Notes under the pieces: generated by a model
Seen by the model: the letters and a program-made list of their open reading frames with translations, nothing else
Told to the model about the DNA's origin: nothing
Database searches by the model: none
Part shown: piece by piece, positions 30,182-39,840 of the stretch
How positions within the stretch are numbered: the stretch's first letter is position 1
How the letters are laid out: each line of letters opens with the position of its first letter
Made by a program: the position numbers and the translations under genes
Source of the DNA: Candidatus Zambryskiibacteriota bacterium
GTDB lineage: Bacteria; Patescibacteriota; Minisyncoccia; Phycocordibacterales; DATDWN01
NCBI GenBank assembly: GCA_023267045.1
Contig: JAHFOB010000001.1
Location: 9,593-73,592, forward strand
Direction of reading: 5' to 3'
Length of the DNA stretch: 64,000 nt

Positions 30182-30754
30182 ATGACCGAAAACCTTAAAA
30201 AACTTAATCTCGGATCTTCAGGAAGAAAAAAAGAAGGATATATAAATGTTGATTGGCTTTCACTCGTAAAGCCAGATGTTGAGCATAATCTAAATGTCTA
30301 CCCATATCCATTCAAAAATAATGAGTTTGACGTGGTGGAGGCAAATCATGTTATTGAACATTTAGAAAGACCGTTTGAAGTTATGCGAGAGATTTGTAGA
30401 ATTTCTAAACCAGGTAGTAAAATCATCATTCGTGTACCGCATTTCAGTCGGGGAATGGCTCATCCAGAACATGTACACGGTTTTGATGTTACCTTTCCAA
30501 ACTATTTTAATAAAAAATATGCAGATGTTGGATACTTTGGAGTTGATTTGCAGGTAGAAAGTTTAAGGCTAAAATGGTTTGCCTTTCCGCATATCACACA
30601 GAAAATGGGTTTTGGTGCTGTAACTTTATTTTTTGCGAAGTTAGCTAATAGTATTATTAATTTCTTTGCGAACTTGTCTCCAAGTTTTTGTAGTCGTATC
30701 TGGTGTTTCTGGGTCGGAGGATTTGAGGAGATAGAGTTTGTTTTTATTAAATAA
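30182..30754 (+). CDS. SAM-dependent methyltransferase domain protein
   Basis: LNLGSS..GYINVD, HVIEHL, VPHF; start uncertain. Confidence 0.8.
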   Translation: MTENLKKLNLGSSGRKKEGYINVDWLSLVKPDVEHNLNVYPYPFKNNEFDVVEANHVIEHLERPFEVMREICRISKPGSKIIIRVPHFSRGMAHPEHVHGFDVTFPNYFNKKYADVGYFGVDLQVESLRLKWFAFPHITQKMGFGAVTLFFAKLANSIINFFANLSPSFCSRIWCFWVGGFEEIEFVFIK

Positions 30755-30771
30755 TGTTATTATAAAGTTCC

Positions 30772-31458
30772 ATGACACAAATAACGAAAGAAGAAATATC
30801 AAAGGGGTATGATGCTGTGGCTGATAAAATCCATCACGGAATGACTGGTAAGTTCTATACTCGAGTAGTTGCTATGCAGTCTAACTACCACGGAAAGATC
30901 CTTGATATTGGTTGTGGGGGTGGGAGTCTGATTAAAAAAGTTAGTGTGATTGCACAGTCTGGCACGCAGTTTTTTGGTCTAGATATTTCTGAAAAGCTTT
31001 GCCAGATAGCAAGAGAAGGTAATCCTAATGCACAAATTACAAAAGGAGATGCAGAGAACTTACCATATGTAGATAATACGTTTGATATTGTCTTAATGAC
31101 GGAAGCGCTTGAGCATATGCTCGATTATAAGAAAGCTGTCTTGGAAGCGAGAAGAGTTTTAAAACCAAAAGGTATATTTATAGTCACTGTTCCAAACAGA
31201 GATTGGCTTCAGTATGATTTTTATAAACCATATATTGATAGACACGAGTTTCAACCTGTTCAGGATCACTACTTTAGGTTCAAAGAAATAACTAGCTTGC
31301 TAAAAGATAATGGTTTTAAAATTGTAAAATATAAGGGTTCAGATAATCTTTTTTACTACGGAACTATACACACCTTTGAACAAATAGCCGCTTTCTTTCT
31401 ACCATCCCTAAAAAAACGGATGAAACGTCTCATTTTCAAATGTGTGAATGAAAAATAA
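30772..31458 (+). CDS. Class I SAM-dependent methyltransferase
   Basis: LDIGCGGG, GDAENLPY, LEH, RVLKPKG. Confidence 0.9.
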   Translation: MTQITKEEISKGYDAVADKIHHGMTGKFYTRVVAMQSNYHGKILDIGCGGGSLIKKVSVIAQSGTQFFGLDISEKLCQIAREGNPNAQITKGDAENLPYVDNTFDIVLMTEALEHMLDYKKAVLEARRVLKPKGIFIVTVPNRDWLQYDFYKPYIDRHEFQPVQDHYFRFKEITSLLKDNGFKIVKYKGSDNLFYYGTIHTFEQIAAFFLPSLKKRMKRLIFKCVNEK

Positions 31459-31473
31459 TAGTCCGGTTCATTT

Positions 31474-32508
31474 TTAGAAAAATTGTTTGAATCTTCGGAG
31501 TGAAGCTGATGTGTTTGCTATGAGTTTTGGTGCGATGATCATACTTAAAAACTGAATATTTTCTGGAAAAATATCGAAATAAATACTAAGTGCATTCAAC
31601 GAAAATTTACGCACCCTTACCCCATTAAATGATTTTAGCAAGAGTCCTCCCATGAGAAGTGATGCCCAGTGTTTTCTGTATTTTCTATATTCACTTGGTA
31701 AATACTCTTTTATAATTTTTGCCACTTCAGGTGGGTCAAATGTATCTATCCAAAAATCGAGTGGGATATTATGTGTCCAATTTGTTTCGTTTTTTCGATG
31801 AAGTACAAAACACTGTCCGATAATAAGCAGTTTTCCATATTTGCCAATACCTATAAGTAATGGCGCTTGAAATATATACACATTTTTTGGTTTTAAGTAT
31901 TTTCTTGTAGTTTCAAGTTCTTTGTTAAATATATCCTTTTTAAAAACGACAGCTGTAGCCAAGTTTGTCATATGAATCCAATTGTTAACATCCCTCAGTT
32001 TGTTACAATCTCTTTCAAAATCTTCTATAAAGATATCTTTTGTAATATTGAGTCTGTTTTGTAGAGAGATCTCATACTTTTTATTTGAATCATCAAGCGA
32101 CATCATATTTGATGTGTTGATCAAAATAATATTTGGTTTTTTTTCTCTAATACAATCAATAATATATTTCAGTGCTCCATCTGTAAGCAAATCATCGTCG
32201 CAACATATAAGAACATAGGGGCCTATCGCTTTATCTATAAGCCATAATATGTTTGGCGAAACCCCAAGATTTTTCTCTTGGACATATCCATCTACAAAAC
32301 CATATTCGTTGTCAGCGTGTTTGACGTATGTGGCTGTATCATCGCCAGATGCATCATCGCTTATAATTATTTGGACTAGGTTTTCCAGTCCAGCACTTTT
32401 GATTTGATTAGCTAAAGTGGTAACTATAGTTTCAAGAAATTTTACTCTCTTGTACGTAGGAATAACTATACTAAGTAAAATATTTTTCATCCCGTTAGAG
32501 TCGTTCAT
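31474..32508 (-). CDS. GT2 family glycosyltransferase (RfbV-like) with 6-aa element-derived N-terminal scar
   Basis: LSIVIPTYKR, SDDASGD, CDDD; ancestral ATG at 32490. Confidence 0.85.
   Translation of the reverse strand: MNDSNGMKNILLSIVIPTYKRVKFLETIVTTLANQIKSAGLENLVQIIISDDASGDDTATYVKHADNEYGFVDGYVQEKNLGVSPNILWLIDKAIGPYVLICCDDDLLTDGALKYIIDCIREKKPNIILINTSNMMSLDDSNKKYEISLQNRLNITKDIFIEDFERDCNKLRDVNNWIHMTNLATAVVFKKDIFNKELETTRKYLKPKNVYIFQAPLLIGIGKYGKLLIIGQCFVLHRKNETNWTHNIPLDFWIDTFDPPEVAKIIKEYLPSEYRKYRKHWASLLMGGLLLKSFNGVRVRKFSLNALSIYFDIFPENIQFLSMIIAPKLIANTSASLRRFKQFF
32490..32503 (-). repeat. Collapsed remnant of the 100-bp element (one terminus)
   Basis: Minus strand ATGAA-CGACTCTAACGGGA-TGAA. 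Confidence 0.75.
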
Positions 32509-33581
32509 ATTTTCCAGCTTATTCTTCGAGGAATAAAATGTTTATCATCTTTCCACTCTTTCAGTGTTGCTTCTCTGGCTGCAGTCCAAATACTCATATT
32601 CCAGCTTATGTTTCCATTCGTGTCCATTACTGGTGGTATATTATGTTCTTGACACCATTTTTTTGCAGAGTCAGCATATATTTTTTCGTCTGTTGATGTT
32701 TGGCCACTTAAATGTTCACAGGCTAATCCAAGTACTGCCACGGTATAACCTTTTTCTATTGCTTGAAGACAAATAAGTCGGTCATAGTAGTGGTTAATAG
32801 GGAAGTTTGGTCGATAACCAATCTCATTCCAGACTTTTCTAGGGAAGGCAATTGCGCATCCATCTAGTAAAATTGCTTCGGTCAGTCCATCAAAACGCTC
32901 ACCATGTACCTTTGCGTCTGTGCCAGTCCATTTTTTGTCTTTGTATCTATATGTTCTCGCGGCAAAGTTTGAAGTTGTCCCCCATCCTCGTCCACCAGTT
33001 TTGTTTATTTCATCAGAACCTACAAAACCAACTACACCAAGTTTCGGATCGCGTGCAAACAAATATTTTAGGAGAACATCAAAGTTGTCTTCATCGACTA
33101 CGATATCGCTGTGAATAAAAAGTATAATATCTCCCTCCGTGTTTTTCATACCAACATCGAAACACGGATAAACGCTTATATTTCCTTCTGGCGGGCAAAT
33201 CACTTTTACTTTGATATCTGCTGGTAAGTGCGAAGTTTCTGGTCTGAAATCACCCCCATTGTCTATCACAACAATTTCAATTGGTTCGCTATGGTGTTTT
33301 ACAATTTTATTAATACAAAATTGTGCCAAATCATGTTGTCCCAACACCGGAATTATAATTGAAAATGTAAGGTGGTGAGTTTTTTTGTGGCCATATTCTT
33401 TTGCCGCTTCTCGCAACTCCTTTCCAGGATTTTTGCCTACATAAAGTCCGATCTTTCTTATGAGGTTTTGAGTTTTGTGATATATAAATCTATACGTCTT
33501 ATACAAGAGTGGACTAAATCCTTGTTTTCGGAGCATACGATAGGCATTCTGGATTTTAGTTGTGAGTGGTATTTTCTGCAT
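32505..33581 (-). CDS. GT2 family glycosyltransferase
   Basis: FSIIIPV, VIDNG, FIHSD, LDG, HYYD. Confidence 0.8.
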   Translation of the reverse strand: MQKIPLTTKIQNAYRMLRKQGFSPLLYKTYRFIYHKTQNLIRKIGLYVGKNPGKELREAAKEYGHKKTHHLTFSIIIPVLGQHDLAQFCINKIVKHHSEPIEIVVIDNGGDFRPETSHLPADIKVKVICPPEGNISVYPCFDVGMKNTEGDIILFIHSDIVVDEDNFDVLLKYLFARDPKLGVVGFVGSDEINKTGGRGWGTTSNFAARTYRYKDKKWTGTDAKVHGERFDGLTEAILLDGCAIAFPRKVWNEIGYRPNFPINHYYDRLICLQAIEKGYTVAVLGLACEHLSGQTSTDEKIYADSAKKWCQEHNIPPVMDTNGNISWNMSIWTAAREATLKEWKDDKHFIPRRISWKI

Positions 33582-33587
33582 TTGTTT

Positions 33588-34868
33588 TTAGTTTGTTAGT
33601 ACAGGCTCAGGATTTATAGAGGCTTTATTATAAAGTATAATCACAATAATAGCCCATACAAGACGAATAATCACTCGAGCAATGACAAGACCAATAAGTC
33701 CCCACCACATAATACCCATGGTCAAAAGTATCATCTGTACTATAACTCCAGAAATACTATTTATATATTGTTCTTTTATTTTTTTCTTAGCTGACAGATA
33801 CGCATTTGCTGGTATAGAAAACATATATAGAAGTGAAAGGGAGAAAATCTGTGAATAGAAAACTGAACTCATGTATTTTGGAAAAAATATCTGGAAAATA
33901 TACGGAGCTGTAATCCAATAAGTAGCAATAAAAACAACACTGGTTATAAACAAAAGCATATACTTATTGCTCATTCCAGCTTTTATTTCTTTGTCAGAAC
34001 GTTCGGTGAATTTTGGTAAAATCAAATTACCGAGGTTTTGGATGGGACCTTTGATTTGGTTTGGTATGGCAGTAGCAAAGTTGTAGATTGCCAGTTGGAC
34101 TGGACCGATAAAATGGAACACCAAGATCTGGTCGATGTTGTCAGAGAATCCACCGAGAATACTAATCAGACTTAAGTGTTTACTGTAAGTCATCATGTTA
34201 GGATCCACCTTATTATTTGGTTTATAGATTTTTACTATTCTTTGATAGAGAATAAGACCGATGAGTGCATTTGAAGCAAAGTATACAAAAACTAAAACAA
34301 CAGGGTTGCTCGTTCTCATTATCGTCAATAGTAAACAAAGGTATGGAAAAAGATTACCAATTATTGTGAAGTATATTGCGATTCGTCTGAAATCTTTTTT
34401 TGCTGTCAGATATGAGCTATAAAAATTGGTGCTACTAAAAATTGGCCATAGACATCCGACGATAAGTATCGATATGCCAAGCGATGCATTTCCGTTCACA
34501 AAATAATATATTGAGGTACCAGCAGCTCCAATGAAAAACAACACAGACCATTTTATATTTTGCCAGAAGGCATAGTGGAGTGTTCCTTCAAATCCTCTAC
34601 TTACAGACTCAAATGTGGCAAGCCCTAATCCTGTCATTGTAAATGTAGCCAGGATACTACCTATAGATAGGATGTATTTATATTGACCATAAGCTTCTTT
34701 TGATACGAAATGCGCAAAGGCAATAGCCATTAGAAATGTGGCGAGAGAGGAGACCACCTGACCTATTGTTGACCAAAAACTACCCCGAGCGAGGTAGATC
34801 ATATCTATCTTGGCGTAACGCTCAAGCCACTTAAGCGTACGAAAGCCTTTTTCTCTGATGCTTTGCAT
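33588..34868 (-). CDS. Wzx-type oligosaccharide flippase
   Basis: About 12 TMs, YGQY, DQILVFHFIGPVQLAIY. Confidence 0.85.
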   Translation of the reverse strand: MQSIREKGFRTLKWLERYAKIDMIYLARGSFWSTIGQVVSSLATFLMAIAFAHFVSKEAYGQYKYILSIGSILATFTMTGLGLATFESVSRGFEGTLHYAFWQNIKWSVLFFIGAAGTSIYYFVNGNASLGISILIVGCLWPIFSSTNFYSSYLTAKKDFRRIAIYFTIIGNLFPYLCLLLTIMRTSNPVVLVFVYFASNALIGLILYQRIVKIYKPNNKVDPNMMTYSKHLSLISILGGFSDNIDQILVFHFIGPVQLAIYNFATAIPNQIKGPIQNLGNLILPKFTERSDKEIKAGMSNKYMLLFITSVVFIATYWITAPYIFQIFFPKYMSSVFYSQIFSLSLLYMFSIPANAYLSAKKKIKEQYINSISGVIVQMILLTMGIMWWGLIGLVIARVIIRLVWAIIVIILYNKASINPEPVLTN

Positions 34869-34923
34869 ATCGAGTACCGCTTCAATATATAACAAAAAAG
34901 CTATAAAGTATAGGGAAGAAATA

Positions 34924-35988
34924 TTATTCAAACCACAGAATTGTGTAGGGTGCATCGCCTGGAAAAGTTATATTACCAAAAACTTTTCCGAGGCGTTGTT
35001 TCCATTTTGGCAGACTAAAAGATGGAGTAATCTCTACGTCAGGATGTTTTTGATGCAACTCTTTTTTTGATGAAAATTTTTCTACACTTTTTACAGTTCG
35101 TTCAAAAGTTGGAACGCCGACCTGGGCTACAGTTATACGAAATAATCTGTAGACTATTTTGTGACCAGGTAGGACAGGTATAAGTTCTGTCAAGTCTGCA
35201 GCTATTCGACAGTCATAATTTTTCTCCCTACTTGCAAGTTTTTTGTAGTGTGGAACCTGAACTGGTTTTGTGACGAGAACCTGAACTGTGCCGTCGTAGA
35301 CAGGGTATTTCCTCATAAAATCCACGAAATTATCTAATTTTTGCTCAAAAGTTTCCTTGTATTCAGGGTTTTGAGAAAGCCATTTGGAGATATCTGTGGA
35401 TCTTAATCCGTGCCAACCAAACTGCCCGTTCCATACTACTCCGTGATTTCCACCTTCTATACTAAAACGTTCCGCTACTTCAACTGGCGCAAACGTCATA
35501 TCTTCTTTTTCCAAAAAAGGTCTAGCCGTTTCGCATATCCACAAATCTTCCGGATGAAATTTCCCTCCGATTTTTTTGTAATTTTTCGAAATATAATCTA
35601 AGAGTCTTTTGCTACGAATACTAAATCCTCCACCACCAACATGTGTTTTTCCGAGATGGTACCATGGTGCTCCAATATAATCGTATGTTAAAAATTCATC
35701 TTCCCAAGCTGAAGGGTTGGCTATAAAGCTGTCTGGATGGAAACAAAGGGCATATTCTGTTTCTACATGTTTAGCAAATTCACTGATATAAAATTCCGAA
35801 TACTTTTGCCAATCGTTGAGAATTTCTGGGACTTGTATTACTCGAGGATCACTGTCCGGAATAGATGAAAGTATTTTCACCGCACCGAAAGAAAATTCTT
35901 TTTCGCATATGTCCGCTGCAACTTTTGTTGTTTTTAGATTTATGCAATCAAAAGTAATAAGGGTAACATTTGGCAAATATTTTTTCAT
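34924..35988 (-). CDS. DUF5672-like putative glycosyltransferase
   Basis: YDYIGAPW, GGFSIRSK, PEDLW, AERFSIE motifs. Confidence 0.75.
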   Translation of the reverse strand: MKKYLPNVTLITFDCINLKTTKVAADICEKEFSFGAVKILSSIPDSDPRVIQVPEILNDWQKYSEFYISEFAKHVETEYALCFHPDSFIANPSAWEDEFLTYDYIGAPWYHLGKTHVGGGGFSIRSKRLLDYISKNYKKIGGKFHPEDLWICETARPFLEKEDMTFAPVEVAERFSIEGGNHGVVWNGQFGWHGLRSTDISKWLSQNPEYKETFEQKLDNFVDFMRKYPVYDGTVQVLVTKPVQVPHYKKLASREKNYDCRIAADLTELIPVLPGHKIVYRLFRITVAQVGVPTFERTVKSVEKFSSKKELHQKHPDVEITPSFSLPKWKQRLGKVFGNITFPGDAPYTILWFE

Positions 35989-36004
35989 TTTTTTATTTTT
36001 GGGT

Positions 36005-37063
36005 TTATTCTATCTTAAACAAGCTTTCGAAGAAACGTATTTGAATTTTGCATTCTCGCCAGTAGATTTTTTCCCAGTTTTTGTATACAGGATAGTCACT
36101 TTCTCGGATAGTCACGTTTTCGTTCGGTATCTCGGAAACCTTCCATTGCTTAGAATAAAAATAACCTGATGTAAGACGATCGATCAGTTTATAGTAGTAC
36201 GTTATCTGGTCCATACGCATTTCATGAAGTGAAGATATGTTAACAAATATATCTGTGCATTTAGACGGAAGTAGTTCAAGTTGACTTGAAAGAAGGAATA
36301 TAATGTCAGCATTTTGGAATTCATCCTTGATATCTTCAAATGAATTCCAATCTCTGAATTTGAATATTTTTCTCTCTGGAAATTGCTCTGAAAGATATTT
36401 TTGAGCTATCCATAAGGCGGGAGGTATGTCGACGATAATATAGCGTATTTTTGGCATCGTTTTCAAAAATACATACGCTGTTCTTCCGTATCCAGCACCA
36501 AGCTCAATTATTGTTTTTATTTCTTTTTTATCTTTTACGTTTTCTATTGCAGAATAATATTCCAATACAGAATGTGCTAGGTCTTGTGATATTAGTTTCT
36601 TGCCACGGTAGATTTGTGGGGGGTTACCCTCAAGTGGTTCGTCCAAAGAATCAAGCAAGTTTTCCTTATCATTTTTTTGTGTGAAATCCCAAAGTAGATT
36701 GCTAAAATAGTTATATGCAAGTGATTGTGTCAAGGTAAAGAATTTATGTTTTTTTGGAAAAAAGAGTACACGGAAAATATTACCCAGAACAATACCCGTG
36801 GAGAGATTTTTCCTAAGTTCTCTAATCTGTCTGTCTTTTGGGAAACTTCTTACTAGGTATCTTAGTGGTGCACTGGGTCCAGCCATAGTCCAGGTAAAGT
36901 AGTTGAGTGCAATAGTTTGTTTGAAATTTTCATACCCGTGCTCCTCAAGCTGCTCTAGGTTTTTTCGGTTGAGTTCAATCCAGTATTTTGAAGGTAAAAC
37001 CTCTGTAGGTGCTCCGGAAAGGGCGTCAAACATTTCTCTGATCTCTTTTTTCTCCTTTTCCAT
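36005..37063 (-). CDS. Putative sugar O-methyltransferase
   Basis: PSKYW..L...GYENFK, ELGAGYGR, NISSLHEM. Confidence 0.8.
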   Translation of the reverse strand: MEKEKKEIREMFDALSGAPTEVLPSKYWIELNRKNLEQLEEHGYENFKQTIALNYFTWTMAGPSAPLRYLVRSFPKDRQIRELRKNLSTGIVLGNIFRVLFFPKKHKFFTLTQSLAYNYFSNLLWDFTQKNDKENLLDSLDEPLEGNPPQIYRGKKLISQDLAHSVLEYYSAIENVKDKKEIKTIIELGAGYGRTAYVFLKTMPKIRYIIVDIPPALWIAQKYLSEQFPERKIFKFRDWNSFEDIKDEFQNADIIFLLSSQLELLPSKCTDIFVNISSLHEMRMDQITYYYKLIDRLTSGYFYSKQWKVSEIPNENVTIRESDYPVYKNWEKIYWRECKIQIRFFESLFKIE

Positions 37064-37123
37064 AATAAATGATATAGTATCACACTAAAGGGGGATTTAT
37101 AAGAATCTATTAAATATATAATT

Positions 37124-37669
37124 ATGGCAAAATTTAAGTTTACACCACTTGCAATTCCAGAAGTTATTATGATTGAGCCAACAGTTTTTTCTGATTCTCG
37201 CGGTTTTTTTACTGAAACGTATAATAAAAAAGAATTTGCTGATGCCGGTATTTTTGAAGATTTTATTCAAGATAATCATTCGTATTCAACAAAAGGTGTG
37301 GTGCGAGGATTACATTTTTCACTTCCACCACATGAAACAGCAAAGCTTGTGAGGTGTGTAGAGGGTGAAGTTCTAGATGTAGCAGTGGATATTAGAGCCA
37401 ACTCGAAAACTTTTGGAAAATGGGTGGCAGAAAAGCTTTCTAGGGAAAATGGCAAGATGCTTTTTGTTCCAAAAGGTTTTGCTCACGGTTATTGCGTATT
37501 GAGTGAAACTTCTAGTTTTCTATATAAAGTAAGTGAGTATTACTACCCAGAAAGTGATCGCGGAATTCTCTGGAATGACTCTGATTTGGCTATAGATTGG
37601 GGGGTAGAAAACCCTATTTTGTCTGAAAAGGACTCAAAACTACCTACTTTTAAAGATTTGTCAAAATAG
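37124..37669 (+). CDS. rfbC: dTDP-4-dehydrorhamnose 3,5-epimerase
   Basis: DSRGFFTE, QDNHS, RGLHF, DVAVDIR, GFAHG. Confidence 0.95.
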   Translation: MAKFKFTPLAIPEVIMIEPTVFSDSRGFFTETYNKKEFADAGIFEDFIQDNHSYSTKGVVRGLHFSLPPHETAKLVRCVEGEVLDVAVDIRANSKTFGKWVAEKLSRENGKMLFVPKGFAHGYCVLSETSSFLYKVSEYYYPESDRGILWNDSDLAIDWGVENPILSEKDSKLPTFKDLSK

Positions 37670-37695
37670 GTTTGTGGTGCTAATATGCTTTACTT

Positions 37696-38562
37696 ATGAA
37701 GACCAAGGAAGACGCTATCTTGTCCCAAGTACTAACTACAGGGGGAAACGGAATGGTTGGCAGCTATGTGGATTTTGGTATCAAACTTGACCGTCGAGCT
37801 CTAGATGTTACAGATTTAAATGATGCACTGTTTGTGTGTAGACAACATAAACCAAAGGTCATTATTCATTTAGCCGCTGAAACTGACGTTGGTCGTTGCG
37901 AGCGAGACCCACAGTACGCGTACCTTGTAAATACTATAGGTAGTTATAATATGGCGCTTGCAGCAAAGGAAATTGGTGCAAAGCTTATCTATGTTTCCAC
38001 ATCAGCTGTTTTTGATGGTTCAAAAAAAGATCCATATATTGAAACAGATGAATGTAATCCACAGAGTTACTACGGACGTTCTAAGTTTCTCGGAGAAGTG
38101 GCAGTAAAAAGCGTTTTGAATGACTACATTATCGCACGAGTGTGCTGGATGTTTGGGGGTGGTCAAGAAAAAGACAAAAAGTTTGTTGCAAAGATTATCG
38201 AACAAACAAAAGGGTCCGAAATCAAGATTATTAGTGGTAAGTATGGTTCTCCAACATATGGTAAGGATCTTGTTGGTGCTCTGAAAAAACTGATTCTCCA
38301 GGATGCCACAGGAATTTTTCATTTATCCAACAAAGGTTCACCATCTCGATTTGATGTGGCAAAAGAGATTATAAAAATTACTGGTTCAAAAACAAATGTG
38401 ACAGAAGTAGACCCGAGTTTCTTTAGCAATATTCATTCTGAAAGTATGCCAAACAACAATAATGAAAGTTTGTCTTCAAAAATAGATCTTATAAGAGGAT
38501 GGCAGGAGGCAGTGCGAGAGTATATATTAGAAGAGTGGCCAACGTATGTTAAAAAATATTAA
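37696..38562 (+). CDS. rfbD: dTDP-4-dehydrorhamnose reductase family
   Basis: TGGNGMVG, HLAAETDV..CE, YGRSK, GSPTY. Confidence 0.85.
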   Translation: MKTKEDAILSQVLTTGGNGMVGSYVDFGIKLDRRALDVTDLNDALFVCRQHKPKVIIHLAAETDVGRCERDPQYAYLVNTIGSYNMALAAKEIGAKLIYVSTSAVFDGSKKDPYIETDECNPQSYYGRSKFLGEVAVKSVLNDYIIARVCWMFGGGQEKDKKFVAKIIEQTKGSEIKIISGKYGSPTYGKDLVGALKKLILQDATGIFHLSNKGSPSRFDVAKEIIKITGSKTNVTEVDPSFFSNIHSESMPNNNNESLSSKIDLIRGWQEAVREYILEEWPTYVKKY

Positions 38563-38566
38563 TTCC

Positions 38567-39799
38567 ATGAAAGAACATTATCACAGAACAACATGTCGAA
38601 TTTGTAATTCTTCAGATTTGAAGAAGTTTTTGGATTTAGGAAAAAGTCCTCTTGCAAACGCTCTTGTAAATAAGAAAAATCTAAATAAAAAAGATAAAAC
38701 CTTTCCTCTGGCTGTTTATTTTTGTCAAAATTGTTCACTCGTTCAAGTTTCTGATGTAGTTGATCCTAGGATGCTTTTTAGTGATTATTATTTTATAACC
38801 TCAGCTTCTTCCCCATCAGTCGACCACTTCAAGAAATATGCTCAGGATATTCTAAAAAACTTCATCAAGTCATCTGGAGATTTAGTGGTTGATATTGGTG
38901 GAAATGACGGAACACTTCTCAATGAATTAAAAAACGATTCTCGAGTATTAAACGTTGACCCAGCTACAAACATCGCAAAAATATCAAAAAAGAAAGGAAT
39001 CAAAACTGTAAACGACTTTTTCTCAAAAAAACTAGTAACGGATCATCTTCTTAGAAATTTTGGTAAAGCAGATGTTGTTACAGCCAACAACATTATTGCT
39101 CACACAGACACAGTTATCGATTTGTTTAAGGGGGTAAAAGAGTTCCTTACACCAGGTGGTGTTTTTATATTTGAGACTCATTGGGTTCGAAATTTGGTAG
39201 AAGAGAGGGCATTTGATCAGGTGTATCATGAGCATCTTTCTTATTACTCACTTCACGCACTGAAACACCTTGTAGAATCTGTCGGACTTTCTGTCTTTGA
39301 TGTCAAAACAGTCCCAATACAAGGAGAATCCATTCGAATCTATGTTTCAAATAATCGTAAATCAAAACCTTCTGTCAAAAAATTTTTGGCACGAGAGAAA
39401 AGTCTTGGCCTACACAAATTCAAAGTTTTTTCAGATTTTTCTAAAAAAGTACTTGAAAGTAAAAATATAATGTTAAAACTTCTTGCCTCACTTAAAGAAA
39501 ATGGTAAAAAGATAGTAGGGTATGGCGCTCCAGCAAAAGGAACAACGTTTCTCAATTTTTTTGGTATTGGTAAGGACACCATTGATTACATTATAGATAC
39601 AACGTCCATAAAACAAGGACTCTTTATGCCTGGTGTTCATATCCCCATTTATCCCCCAGAGAAACTTCTTGAATCAAAACCAGATTATATATTGATTTTG
39701 GCTTGGAACTACGCCGATAGCATTCTCAAGAAAGAAAAAGATTTAATAGAGTCTGGTGTAAAATTTATCATACCTGTTCCAAAAATAAAGATAGTATAG
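38567..39799 (+). CDS. NDP-hexose C-methyltransferase
   Basis: CRIC..CQNC zinc motif, DIGGNDG, YHEH, YGAPAKG, LAWN; alternative start 38546. Confidence 0.85.
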   Translation: MKEHYHRTTCRICNSSDLKKFLDLGKSPLANALVNKKNLNKKDKTFPLAVYFCQNCSLVQVSDVVDPRMLFSDYYFITSASSPSVDHFKKYAQDILKNFIKSSGDLVVDIGGNDGTLLNELKNDSRVLNVDPATNIAKISKKKGIKTVNDFFSKKLVTDHLLRNFGKADVVTANNIIAHTDTVIDLFKGVKEFLTPGGVFIFETHWVRNLVEERAFDQVYHEHLSYYSLHALKHLVESVGLSVFDVKTVPIQGESIRIYVSNNRKSKPSVKKFLAREKSLGLHKFKVFSDFSKKVLESKNIMLKLLASLKENGKKIVGYGAPAKGTTFLNFFGIGKDTIDYIIDTTSIKQGLFMPGVHIPIYPPEKLLESKPDYILILAWNYADSILKKEKDLIESGVKFIIPVPKIKIV

Positions 39800-39840
39800 G
39801 TTTTGTGTATAGAAAGTTTGTTGGTATACTACTTGTTGTT

